A stretch of DNA of 63,430 nt, counting the filler, from Rhabdomonas costata (taxonomy: Eukaryota), in the NCBI GenBank assembly GCA_019059605.1. It is 38 parts of 38 records of this genome, joined end to end, with 100 filler letters (N's around TTAATTAATTAA, not from the genome) between each part and the next. Parts side by side here need not be neighbours in the genome. Positions count along the whole stretch, not along the records: positions 23,423 to 24,994 come from JAHMHO010012799.1; positions 25,095 to 26,666 come from JAHMHO010012800.1; positions 26,767 to 28,338 come from JAHMHO010012801.1; positions 28,439 to 30,010 come from JAHMHO010012802.1; positions 30,111 to 31,682 come from JAHMHO010012803.1; positions 31,783 to 33,347 come from JAHMHO010012804.1; positions 33,448 to 35,017 come from JAHMHO010012805.1; positions 35,118 to 36,689 come from JAHMHO010012806.1; 30 more parts are not named here. One strand, 5' to 3'. Position numbers and translations under genes: made by a program. Shown here one piece after another: positions 24,642 through 36,999 of the stretch (its first letter is position 1; every line of letters starts with the position of its first letter). The notes beneath the pieces were generated by a model that was given only the letters and a program-made list of their open reading frames with translations, was not told the origin of the DNA and did not search any database.

Positions 24642-26766
24642 CTGTGCGCGTGGGGATACCTCACTAGAGGGCGCTTCCAATTTACTTGCCCAGTGACGGC
24701 AATAGCTCAAGAAACGGGGAGTGAGAGAAGACAGTGCTTCATCACGATTACGATTGCCCGGTGAACTACACTTTACAAGAGAGAGGTGCCCGCAAAAGAC
24801 CATGATGCACACACACAATAAAAAGATGATTTCGGTCCACAAGAATTCCCCTTGCTTATATACACACACAAATGGAATGCTGCAAAATACCATTGGGACC
24901 TCAAATGCCAAAGACGACCCAGCATGTTCTCATGAGTTTACACCGCAGGCCGAGTAATACGCCACGAGACCACAACCACCACACACACCCAACANNNNNN
25001 NNNNNNNNNNNNNNNNNNNNNNNNNNNNNNNNNNNNNNTTAATTAATTAANNNNNNNNNNNNNNNNNNNNNNNNNNNNNNNNNNNNNNNNNNNNGTTGGT
25101 TTTTCCATATTTTTGCGCATTTTTCATTCTGCTCGTGTCCCCTCCGTGCAGATTGAGTCCGGAAACCTTGATGGCAGAACGTCCCATCGGGGTCTGCGCC
25201 TCGGTGGCCTTTATATTGACCAGCCGGAAAAAGGGAGCACCGAGTTTCAGCATTATTGTCAACTACAAGCCCCTTTTTTTTCAACTTTTGTCTTATTAAA
25301 TGATAAGAAACAATATTGAGATCAAAGTGCCTGAGCGTGATAAGCTTTCAGTGCAGAGTTGGACGTTCTTATTTGAAAAAGGGCAAAAAGGTGAAGCTGT
25401 TATGTGTGCTGAGGATCCCCTTTCCAAAAATAATACGAGCTTCACCCCGAAACGGAGAAGTTAGTGCGTTACATTTATAAAGAAGTCTTTTCCCTGTATT
25501 TATGCCGCTTGTGTCCTAAGGGACGCGGAAATTATCCAAATTCTCCGATATGAAGCGCGCCTGCTATATATTGATAGCAGTGGGAAGAAAGAAAACACAA
25601 CAATGTTAAACAATAATGTTTGGACCCATATGCCCTTATGTTCGGTTTGTAGACAACATGGCGCCATTCACAAGGATGTGCCGCGGAACGGTTTGAGGCA
25701 CAAAAAAACGGAGAGAGATTACCCAACGTTCGTGCCGTGGGGTTTTTTCGGACGCCCAGTTGGCCCCAAACGAAAAGCAACAAAAGGTTTGATGGCATTA
25801 CTTACAAGGCGCATCCAGGACATCACCGCTAAAAACCTGAGGTAGGGATGTTAGCCCTTGATGGTCGCGTGCTTTTTCAACCGCCTTATGTCGTACAAAC
25901 GTTTTGGTCCTCGAAACTCGTGCGTGTCCAGTCATACGAAAAAAACTCGAAAGAATCATCGTGGACCGAACCATCGGGCCAAACGCTGGCGGGACAAGGC
26001 CGAAAACTTGGCGAAACGTGCGGTGTCCGGCGGCATTCGAATGATGATACAACCAAACATCAAATGTTGAATGTCATTTCCCACAGACCGGCGAGTATAA
26101 CTGACGGGCTGATGGCTACCACAGATATGGACCAGAAGGTCACCATCCCCGTGCGAGGTCTGAATTCCCATGCATGTTTTCCCAATGAAAAACTGATCTT
26201 TTGAACAACAGCGCAAGCAATCCGAAATAGGCCGAAATAGGCACTTGCAAAGCCTCTGGGGTGACAGCGCGTGGCAATCCCCGATTAATTCTGCACGATA
26301 GAAAACTAATCTTACCAGTGGGTTTGTACGCACCATCATCCCACCATTCTCGCCCTTGCCCTCTGTGAGCATTAAAGACAAATAGGAACCTTCAAGTCTG
26401 AAGGGTAAACTGAAGAAGCAAAGAACAGCTAGTAGAACAGCACGAAAAAAGTCGCAAACATTTTGGTGAGCGCCCATACCTCATGCGTGAAAGAAGCACG
26501 CGCTCCGCGAAGCAAATTCGGCATGCAAGGACGTCAAGCGCTGGCGAAGGCTCCAACTTTGTGGGTCTGCAAGACCCATCAAATGCACACCGAGGGCATG
26601 CGGGGTGGGGGAGAGGGATGGGGCAAATGGAGCCGATTCTCTACGTCACCGGTCTGTAACACCCACNNNNNNNNNNNNNNNNNNNNNNNNNNNNNNNNNN
26701 NNNNNNNNNNTTAATTAATTAANNNNNNNNNNNNNNNNNNNNNNNNNNNNNNNNNNNNNNNNNNNN

Positions 26767-28330
26767 TGTGTGTTGGTGAAAGGAGGCGCGCTTGCGGGAG
26801 CCTGAGGCGGGCACCCCGAAGGGCTGCTGGGACCGCCTCAGCTGCCCCAGCGTCATGGTCAGCTCCGGGTCCATCGTTGACAAGGCTGCACTGGAGCCCT
26901 GCATTTCCTCCCGCGTGTGCGAGGCGGCGCGGGAGATGGCGGGCCCCAGGGGGGCCACGAACTGGGGCTCCGAGAAGCCCCCGGTGGCAGGGGAGGCGCC
27001 CTGCAGAGGGGAGGTCATGATCTGATCGACGGTGAGGCACTCGCTGAGGATAGAATCGACGGAAGGTCCTGTTTGGAAGGGGGAAGGGATCCAAAACATC
27101 AAGGGGTTGGAGCTGGGGTTTTGCATGAGCATGTCCTTTTCTTTTGAAAGATGGACCAGAGAACAAAAACCACTGAATGCGACGCTTCTTGCAGTTGCGC
27201 AGATGCTCTTGGTTTGCTAAAGTTGTCAGTATCTGAGTTTCGGGCAGCGTGAAAACAAAGGGGAGCGAAGAATACTTTAGCACAGGGAATGGATTTCGCT
27301 TCCCATTCGAGGTGCAAATAATAGCAGCCCCCCTGGAATCGAAAGGCGCATAACTACATAAGGTTTTCATGGGTGAAATTGGTGAGAGAAACGATTGACC
27401 CAACACTGCACGTTTCATGCCAAATTCAAATTCGCTGATTAGTGATGATAGAATTGGAAGAGGATCATTTTTTTCTCGTTTTTTTTTTTCGGCGCAGCGC
27501 CATCTCAGGATGGACTGGATATGGCATCGACAGCAAACTCGCACAAACGCATGCAAGAGCCAAGAGCCATGCACGAACCGCGGACGATCCTCTCCAGAGT
27601 CCCTGTGCTAATCGCCCATATGTACAAGGTGTTGTCAGCGCAGAGGATGTACACATAATCCTGCGAAGAAAGCACCCCCAACCACTCAAACTTTCAAAGA
27701 CAAATTGCTGTCGGAAACTGATCATATCGGTGTGATATGGGTGTTGCGGACACGTGGGTGCGCTGTTTACTGACTCATTTACCGTTCACTATTCCCTATT
27801 TTTTATGCTCGGTGGAGGTGCTCCTGTGCCAATGACACAGCAGACAAGACAAAGGTCACTGAAGAGACTAAGGGGGAAACTCCACGATGCATCGGATGAA
27901 GGGACACGTTAAGAAAAGACCTCACGTTTATGGCAACCATAAGTGTTTTTCAGCGGCGGCGCAAAATAGCCAAAATAGCCAAGGGCGAAACTTCTCTGTG
28001 AAATAAGAAAAAGCAGGCCGGTAGGCCACGACACAGATCTTGCCATCACTCAACGCCACTCAAGGCCCATGGAGTGGCGAAGATCGGGTGCCCCCTAGTC
28101 CCGAAATTGAGGGAAGAGGACAGAGAAAGTCAGGGGGTCTTTGGTTGGCAGATCGGAGTGCAAGAGGTCGGGAGGGGCGCACCGTCTCCGCCATCCAGTA
28201 CAGTGAGGACAGGACTTCACTATGGCCGTAGAACGTCGCCTTCACGGCTAGAGGTCTCAGCGAGTAGCACACCACGGTGCGGTCCGCACCCACTGAAATC
28301 CCACACATGGCGCCCATCACCTCCACCCCA
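26767..28330 (-). CDS. WD40 protein resembling WDR7/WDR72, exons about 28330-28183, 27660-27579 and 27068-26767
   Basis: The spliced product reads ISVGADRTVVCYSLRPLAVKATFYGHSEVLSSLYWMAET|DYVYILCADNTLYIWAISTGTLERIVRG|PSVDSILSEC. Both introns are GT-AG and in phase. Confidence 0.75.
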
Positions 28331-28438
28331 CCCACCCCNNNNNNNNNNNNNNNNNNNNNNNNNNNNNNNNNNNNNNNNNNNNTTAATTAATTAANNNNNN
28401 NNNNNNNNNNNNNNNNNNNNNNNNNNNNNNNNNNNNNN

Positions 28439-28826
28439 GCTACGCTGGTGCATTCCGGGGGTCGTCCGGATCCCTGGCGAGGGATCCGAGGCCGGATAGG
28501 GCCTGGATCGGATAAGGGGGGCAAGCCGGATATCCTGGTGCATCCACCTTTCGGGTTTCCCAACATGATACCCTTATACTAGGTATGATGGGTGATGCTG
28601 TTCCGGGCCCATCCAGCGTAAAAACCACCAGATGAGACCCGAATAGAGTGATAGAAGCAGAGGGGTGTCTGGGGCCCCGGGTCTTTGTTGGTAGATTTTG
28701 CTACGCTGGTGCATTCCGGGGGTCGTCCGGATCCCTGGCGAGGGATCCGAGGCCGGATAGGGCCTGGATCGGATAAGGGTGGCAAGCCGGATATCCTGGT
28801 GCATCCACCTTTCGGGTTTCCCAACA
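28439..28826. repeat. Tandem repeat with a 261-bp period (about 1.5 units), GC-rich and GGATCC/CCGGA-rich
   Basis: 28439-28565 is repeated almost exactly at 28700-28826. Confidence 0.95.
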
Positions 28827-31217
28827 CAACAACGTAGGCTTTGCAAGGTAAGATACTCAGTCAAAAGAGAGATTCAGTCGCAACCAACCGGCGATCGGTT
28901 GCCCTGCGTAAGACTCACGTTGTCCGCTATCGTAGTGGTTCAAAAACTGCAACCGCAAGAACAGCCGTGGCCTCCCTCGGTGCACACAGACCTTTTCACG
29001 GCCCTCAGGCTCGGAAAATTGGCCAAGCTTCCTGTTTGGAAAGTGCTGTGGGGAGAGGGTTGAGCAGTGGTAAACCTGTCCACAGTCCAATCAAAAGCAC
29101 ACCGTTAGCAGAATGTTAAGTAATCAGTGGCACGGGCTTTTCTCATTATCAATGCCTGTGCTCAAGATACAAGAGAGAAAACCCGAGGCAATGTGTTTGC
29201 TCCATATTTCCAGAGGGTCTTCGTGCTTTCTCCTGCGGCCTGCAGCATGAAAGCTTTAGTAGTACGGGCTTTCGCCTTGCCCGTGGCGCATGTGGGGTGG
29301 CAGAGCGGGCGGCTTGTTTTGATTCCGTGAAACTGTTGACCTCTCTGAAAGGTCCGCAACCCTAGCGGCAAAACAGGTTTTTGTGGCAGATACTGCCCTC
29401 AATTGGACTTCTGCACTCTGATAAGTCCACGCGAGGGAGGCGGGGGGGCGCTGCACTGTCAAAGAGCGCAGTAAAACCGACTGAAATGGGACAATGTTGG
29501 GATTCGGGCTATGCCACATTGCAAAGTCGCACTACCTCGGAAAAACAACAGTGGGAAAAGGGAATCCAGACACTAACTTCCATCCGTCCATTGGGACGAT
29601 GTAGCGGAGAAGGGCGTTAGATCATGAGGGTATGTCTGTGGCCCTTTACTGGTAGGAGGCCGTGATCTGCACCCTCGTGGTGACAGATCTTGTGCTGGCA
29701 GGTAGGTGCAGTGGTGTCTTCCTGCTGCGTGCTGTGCTCTGGTGTCCTCCCGCTGCTTGCTGTGCTCGATGCGGCGTGGAGGGTTACCGTGACCGAGGAC
29801 GTTGTGGCCCCGGTGAGCCAGGGAGGCCTCCCGAATGGAAGACTGTTTGATCCGAAGGCAAAGGGGCGGTACAAGAGCCCGCGACGTTGAACAAACCCAC
29901 AAGTCACCGTAGAGAAGGAAGGAAACGTTAGCCTTCCACTTGTGACTCATTGATTGTTTTTTGATACGGGGTCCCCTTCTCGCGTCACATTCATCTCGTT
30001 AAACACCACANNNNNNNNNNNNNNNNNNNNNNNNNNNNNNNNNNNNNNNNNNNNTTAATTAATTAANNNNNNNNNNNNNNNNNNNNNNNNNNNNNNNNNN
30101 NNNNNNNNNNCGCTGTCATTTCTTTGCCGTTTTCGGCCTCGTTTTGGCTTTCCCGTGAGCGAGCGCGCCCCCAGAGAGGTGATAAGGTACCTTCGCGCGT
30201 CGCGCACTGCTTTTGGCTTTTGCCTCTGCGCATTTGTGCTCGTCCTTCTTGTTCTGCTGGTTGCGGGTTTGGTTGGAGCGCTGTCCACCAGCGGCAGGCA
30301 ATTATATACTACCCGCTCTCTCTCTCTCTCTCGTTCAACTCTTCCGGCCTTGAAATCTAATTCCGGGATATCAGCACACCCTCATTTGGCAGAGAGCGCT
30401 GCAGGGCTCCTCTTTACCTTTGCTGATGTGCGCGACGGAAACGCACCTGTGGGTGCTTCCCTTTCCTTTTCACTTCCACTTCACCGCCGAGCGGGAAAAG
30501 TGCGAACAATCCCCACGTTTTCTGTGTGCATGGATGATTTTGTCGAAACTGTGCGCGTTTTGTAACAGATAACGTGTCCTTTCTTCATCGGGTCAGTGGG
30601 GGCACGTTCAGTTGGGCACATATGTTACTTAGTCACAATCTGGAGCTGAATCTCATGTTTGGCGTCCGCCCCCTTCATGGCGGTGAAGAGGTAATACGGC
30701 ACACCTCCAGTATTCTAAAATCGAAATCATTATTCACCATAACCTCCGACTGCAGCGGCGGTTGGTGGTTGCACTCGCCTCTAGTCTCAAGAATTTTCGG
30801 AACATGTCTTTGGTACCAACGCAACAACTCGGAAAGCAAGCTTCCGTGATGAATTACGGTCAGATGAGGTGAGCTGCAGGCGGCACTGTTTGGTCGACAG
30901 TTCAGCCTACGCGGTAGGCAGTAGGCGAGAGTCATCCTACGCAATATACAGCACAGCAAGTCCACCCTGCCTGCCTACCTGTTTTTTCTCCCTCCTTCTG
31001 TTTTTTGTCAACATAACCCCAGTTAGATTAATGCTATGGGACATCACGTGACACTCTCCAAAACTCTGGCAGATCGTGCCTGTTACCCTTCTCGCTTGAA
31101 CCAACTGCTACTTTCTCAGTGCCCTTGAGTCTGTAGAAGTTTTTTTTTACCCTTCTTCTTGACTGCCTTGGGAGTAGTACATATAAGTTCGGCAGCTTCC
31201 CTGAGGTGCTGGGCAAA

Positions 31218-31454
31218 ATGGTCACCCCTGCGCTCCCTCATTTGTGGGGGTGCATTTATTTTCTTTTGCTTTTGCTTTTGAGCGCCGCCGTGGCATCCCC
31301 TGCTGTGGTGCTGCGAGGCGCGGGCTCGGAGCTGGCGGGGGCGGGCATCGCGTGGAAGTGGAAGGCGTTCTTCGAGCAGTCCTACCCCCAGTACGACCTT
31401 AATTTTGCCTCCACGAACAACTCCGAGGGCGTGAACCAGCTGCAGCGGAACCAG
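31218..31454 (+). CDS. Secreted or membrane protein with a PstS-like periplasmic-binding domain, first exon
   Basis: A signal peptide (FLLLLLLSAAVA) is followed by LRGAGSELAGAGIAWKWKAFFEQSYPQYDLNFASTNNSEGVNQL, resembling PstS 'L.GAG......KW...Y....P.V.+NY.S.GS..G+.Q'. GT donor at 31455. Confidence 0.65.
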
Positions 31455-31785
31455 GTCTTTCCTGCATCCTGCAGATAGAAGGAAATTCAGAATGAGACTA
31501 CTTCACAAGGGTAAGGGTTTTTTCATTGTAAAAAGCATTTCCGAAGGTATCTTTTGTCAGATTCAGAGGAAGAAGCCTCCCCTCGGTCCGCCCACCCACC
31601 GGTTGTGGGGAATTCAACCCCCTTTAGCTTTTCTACCAGAGGATCCGCCAGCCCCCACGCCCTCCGCAAGTTGGCTTCAGCANNNNNNNNNNNNNNNNNN
31701 NNNNNNNNNNNNNNNNNNNNNNNNNNTTAATTAATTAANNNNNNNNNNNNNNNNNNNNNNNNNNNNNNNNNNNNNNNNNNNNTTT

Positions 31786-31950
31786 GTTGATGTTGATGTT
31801 GATGTTGATGTTGATGTTGATGTTGATGTTGATGTTCCTGTTTGTGCGGGCATGTCATGTGATGTTGCTGTTGATGATGATGATGATGATGTTGATGATG
31901 ATGATGATGTTGATGTTGATGTTGATGTTGATGTTGATGTTGATGTTGAT
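31786..31950 (+). repeat. Intronic (GATGTT)n/(GAT)n microsatellite
   Basis: Tandem GATGTT and GAT units lie upstream of the acceptor at 32014. Confidence 0.97.
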
Positions 31951-32014
31951 CCAACCTTTCACAATACACACAGTCGCACTCACTTACTAATTCACTGGCT
32001 CACATGTCACACAG

Positions 32015-32211
32015 ATATTCTCATGTCCCTGGGGTGGGGACTGATCACGGGGTTCGGCTCGTGGCTGCCTTACTTCTACGTCACCTTCTTCTTCTCCGTG
32101 CTGATGCACCGCACCCTACGCGACATGGACCGCTGCGCCAAGAAATACGGCGCGGACTGGGTAACATACTGCAAGAAAGTCCCGTACCTCTTCATCCCAG
32201 GGGTGTTCTAG
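32015..32211 (+). CDS. ERG4: ERG4/ERG24-family sterol reductase, last exon (most like the ERG4 C-24(28) reductase)
   Basis: After cacag the exon reads [64 protein letters not shown], containing the family signature HR..RD..C..KYG.DW..Y...VPY.FIP. Confidence 0.88.
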
Positions 32212-35117
32212 GTCTTAGCCGACCACCTCCCCATATGCCCGAACTGAAAGAAGGCAGCTCCTCACCACCATCGCCCAGCGGTCCTGCCCTCGCCTGGCTA
32301 GTGCTGGTGAATGAGGGTTTACGATTCGTCTGTGCGTATGGCTTTCACCAGATCAGCTGGAGGGGCCTCTTCAGATAGCCCTCTTGTTGGTCTGGGAAGA
32401 GGTGTCAGGGGTTGTCTTGAAGAGGTTGATCGCTGTCACCGGATTTGTCTCTGTGTGTGTGTGTCTCTTTTTTTGGGGGTTCACATGTGTGTGCGCCCTT
32501 GAGGACCTTGCTGAAGGGCACGGGAAACTTGTAGGGCATCGTAGCATCGCAGCGTATGCCGCCATGTCGTGTCCTTGTTATTCAGCCTGCCACTCGCCCA
32601 TATTAGATGTCTCTCCCCGCCCTATATACTCCGTCTTCCCTTTGTCATTAGCTTTTGGATAATCTTCAAGGCGTCGAGGGGACCGTTAATCTGCCGCTGT
32701 TGCGCGATTGTGACTGTGCGTGTGCATCGTTGTGTCCCCCTCCTGTTTTTTTTGAACGGGGGCAATGGAGCGCCACCACAGCAACTGTCCAAAAGCAACC
32801 TGAGCACAGATGCTCTTGAAACTGAAGGGGTCTGTCGCCAACAGTTCCAACTGTTGCATGCCTGCCACTTAACTCCAACATCTGCCCAAGCGTGGCTTTC
32901 TCTTCCAATCACTATTTGAGGATGTGCAAATGAGGCTGCGGAGTGCTAGGGAAAATGGGCGATCAAAACGTGCCTCTGCGGCCGAATTCCTCTGAGCAGA
33001 TCCTTCTTAGCCATCGCCCCGCACCCAGAAGCACTCTTTTCATCAGCTCCTGCGAGCTCTGCAGGTCCTGCTAGCCGCCGGGAAACACTTTCACTCCCCT
33101 GCCTGTGTAACCAGGGTACCTGGTGTTTCCAGAGGAGCTTGAACCCAAGAGAAATGCCCGCTTTTTTCAGGGAACTGACACGGCTGTCCAATGCGGCCCT
33201 AGGGCACCCAAACGCTTGTTTTGTTTCCAACAGAATCCCAGAACCCCGTCCATCTCGTCCATCGCTTCCTTTCCCAGCCTGTGACCTTGCTTGCGCAGTT
33301 TCCGCCTCTTCGTACGGTTTGTGTTTGGCCGGAGCCCCCACCCACACNNNNNNNNNNNNNNNNNNNNNNNNNNNNNNNNNNNNNNNNNNNNTTAATTAAT
33401 TAANNNNNNNNNNNNNNNNNNNNNNNNNNNNNNNNNNNNNNNNNNNNTTTTTGTGGGCTGTCACCGAGAAAATGGAAGATGGAGTGAAAAACCACTACTT
33501 CAATTTGACATTTAACTAACTGCTGCGCTGACAGTTGATGAAGGCAGCCCTTCATCAGTAGATCAGAAGGCAGCCAAGAAAACCTTGCTCCACACCGTGA
33601 AGGTTTCCGCTAGAATCGTTAATTTCTGCTCATTTTGCGATTTTACGACTCTACATTGTCGCAATCCTTGCGTAATGTAATTGATTCAAGTTTGACAATA
33701 ATGCGACAATGGATGCAGTGTGATGAGCTTCCGTTCTTCCGTTCTACAAGTGGCAGCCAAATCGGGTCACGGGTTTCAGGCAATGAATGCAATTAGATGC
33801 AAGTTTATCAAAGGTTGCAGGTGTTTTTCAGGCGAGTTCTGGTTGTTGAGGGTGGCATGTGAGTTTGCGGGATACCGGTTCCCCCACAGTAACCCGCAGC
33901 AACAAGGCACAGACAAGGAATACCCAGGAGAGGCCGAGGGTGACGGGACTGTGCCCTGGGAACAGTCTGTGGCCGGCCTCCGCTGCTGGGGGTGGAGCCC
34001 CCTTGAAGAGCAGAAAGAGCCCACTCGGCCCACTCCTGTCCACATAAACAGCAGCGCACATACTCACCTTCAGCTCCACAGCGGCGTATACACAGTGCGA
34101 CAGCTCTGCAAACTTATGGAAGAAAAAACAAAAAAGACACTCGTGCCGACCATCAGCGGAGTGCCCAGAGTTTAAATCTAAAAGAACAAAAATATAAATG
34201 AAAAAAGAAGAAGGGACACATCATGGCGTTGCTTTTTTTTTTTTGAAAACGCACAAGCCAACCTAAGGGCTGGGCGAGTGCACCAGTTGAAGATGCGGTA
34301 TTTGCGCTAAAAAGCAGAAGGACAAGGGAAGTTACCAGCAACTTCGGTAACAGCATTTCCTTTAATCACGATGGAGTTGGTCAAAGGGTCGGTGTTCATA
34401 TATCGACGCATTGAGTATGCGCATGCGCTTGCAGTGCCTGGAAACTTGTGGGCAAACGTGTGTGCACCAGCAAGAGACGGACGTGTCGTCCGTTCCTTAA
34501 ACTATTTTTTTTGTTTCCCGTCGTAACCCCCCACCTCCGATGAACATTGGTGTGCTACAACGAACAGATGGAACCAGGCAGCTTTCTTCCCTTCAACGGT
34601 GGAGGTAGACGACTCAAAATGAAACACTTTGGCAGGACAACAACAACAAGCAAGCAAATAAACAGGTGACACACCGCATCCTCAGGCTCCAAGGCGGCAT
34701 CGGTGTCGTCGGCTGCTGGGCTCAAGGGGGGGCTTGCCGGAGGCAGCACTCGGCTGACCATCGGAGACGGTAGGGAAGTAACTGCCGTGCGGTTGAAATC
34801 CTGCGATCCCACCCCCACCAAGACAAGCAACGATGAGGAAAGTTTGCAGCCATTTGTCAGTCAGTTTTTCCTGAACGCTGAAAGAACGCTGAACCCTTGG
34901 CCTCATGCTTACGTCCAAATCGAGCCAATCTGTGTTAAGCTATGAGTGCATTACACATGTGGATCCCATACTGATACAGGCATAGTGGGCTCACGGCATA
35001 CTTAATGCCCAAAAACANNNNNNNNNNNNNNNNNNNNNNNNNNNNNNNNNNNNNNNNNNNNTTAATTAATTAANNNNNNNNNNNNNNNNNNNNNNNNNNN
35101 NNNNNNNNNNNNNNNNN

Positions 35118-35552
35118 GTGGGGGCCGCTGCGGTTGGCCCCGTACTGCACCGAGCTGTGGAAAGTGCTCCGATTGGAGGTGTTTTGTGTGTTGCTAGCTC
35201 CCGAAAATTGGTTGTGTCCACGAACATCAGTGAATGCCCTTGTGCACACGTCTCAAGAAGGCAGCCGTGGAGCGAAAAGCTCCCAGAACTTCAGCAAGTC
35301 GTTGTCTTCGACTGTTTTGATGTTTACCGAGCATTGGGGAGTCTTAGCCCGCACTTCTTTTTAGCTGGGATAATCGCCCGCCAGCCGCTGAAACGGTTTT
35401 CTATGTTGTTTTCTTGCGGGAGGGTCGGGGGGTCTTCAGATCATCTCAGAAAGCCTCGAGGAGGACAAGACGGTGCTGGCTGCACTGTTTGCTTGCCTGT
35501 CCTCAATCCTTGCCGTCGTGGGGACCTGCCCGGACCCACAGAAGCTCACAGA
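35118..35552 (+). CDS. HEAT-repeat protein resembling the MMS19 N-terminal region, exons 35118-35178 and 35440-35552
   Basis: The spliced product reads WGPLRLAPYCTELWKVLRLE|IISESLEEDKTVLAALFACLSSIL, with an in-phase GT-AG intron. The family call rests on a short motif resemblance. Confidence 0.45.
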
Positions 35553-36999
35553 GTACGATACGAATCCTTCTTCATTTGCTCATTGTCTCTTTCCTCTTTC
35601 CTTGCACATTTTATCTTGACTAACATGCGAGGCCCATTGAACAGAAACTAGAAAGGTCGGGTCGAAAGTTGGGTCGAAGTTGGGTGGAGGAGGTAGTGGT
35701 TAAATCCAAGTTGTAAGGGTGTGGGTGTGCACAGGTTATCCTAGGTTGCAGTCGCGCTTCCATTCTCAGACTCTGCTCTGACTCAACGTTGGAACGTTTA
35801 AACGTTTTTGGACTGTGTGGATTAGTTTGGGAGTGGAGGCCACCCACCGCCGGAGGTCGCGGCAGTGTGCGCCTGTGCTCAACAGCTGTTATGCATGCTG
35901 CTCCAGCTTCCTAGATACCGATTATTATTGGTTAACAGCTTTCGATTGCTGAATGGGGTTAAACTTTCATCACCCTCCCACCCTTGCAGCAGCCCCCCAA
36001 CATTTGCCCTCCTTTCCATCGGTCCCCTGCGTGCTGGTTTACTGGCGAAGTGCTGGCGTTTAGCGAAGTTTTTTTTTTGAGATGGTGTATGTGGCTACCT
36101 TTGCGTTTGGTACCCGCAGTTGCCTGTCGGGGTTTGTCACGGCCGTGATGAACCTGGTGATATCCCCGATTCCTTCGCAGTCTGCAGCCTACGCCACCAT
36201 GGTGCACCACGCGACCTTAAGCAGTGGTATTTTGTTAGCGAGGGTAGTGAGTAGGTGTATTGGTCAATGTTATATCCCCGCGAACGTGAGAGTAACGTTC
36301 AAAATAGCAGTAGAAAACTCACCCAAGCAAGTGCGTGGGAGAGTGAAAGACCTTACTCGATCATCTCATCATCAGTCTCCCGACTGCTCGAAACTCAGCC
36401 AAGCAAGAACCTGGTGGACCTATGTTCCCCCATGTTCCACAGGGAAAGTCGTGGTTGGGGCAGGTGCCTGAGTTGCCTTACAGCCTAACGTCTAATCGAG
36501 AGGAGCGTGTTTGACCGTGAATATGAATTCGAGCCGATTTCGGTGCCTGACAGTGTCTGTACCAGTGTTTGCCCTTCACACCCAGGTCAGTGTGCACTAA
36601 ATGAGGAAAATAATAGTAAACCCAATTGCTGTTTTCACAGATGGCCAACGGGGGCTTCCCTGACCTGGGTGTGAAGGGCAACCACAACANNNNNNNNNNN
36701 NNNNNNNNNNNNNNNNNNNNNNNNNNNNNNNNNTTAATTAATTAANNNNNNNNNNNNNNNNNNNNNNNNNNNNNNNNNNNNNNNNNNNNGTGGTGGGTGT
36801 GTTTGGGTGGTTGGGGGGATCCCTGGGGAAATCAACCGGTAATTTGAACGAGCAAGGTCTACGGACTCTTTGGGTCGCGACCCAAAGAAGGGCTCACCAA
36901 TCCTTTCCCAAGTTCCACCGCCAGCAAGAAGCATTACACAAAACCATAAGTACAGCTCCTCCACCAAACTGCTGAAACAAACCAAATCAGACAACCTTT

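Noticed and set aside
26711..27574. 287-aa minus-strand ORF
   Set aside because: It is mostly intron plus the wrong frame of the WDR7-like exon.
31727..32014. Poly-HQ, poly-ML or poly-DV proteins
   Set aside because: They are translations of an intronic microsatellite. The real exon starts at 32015.
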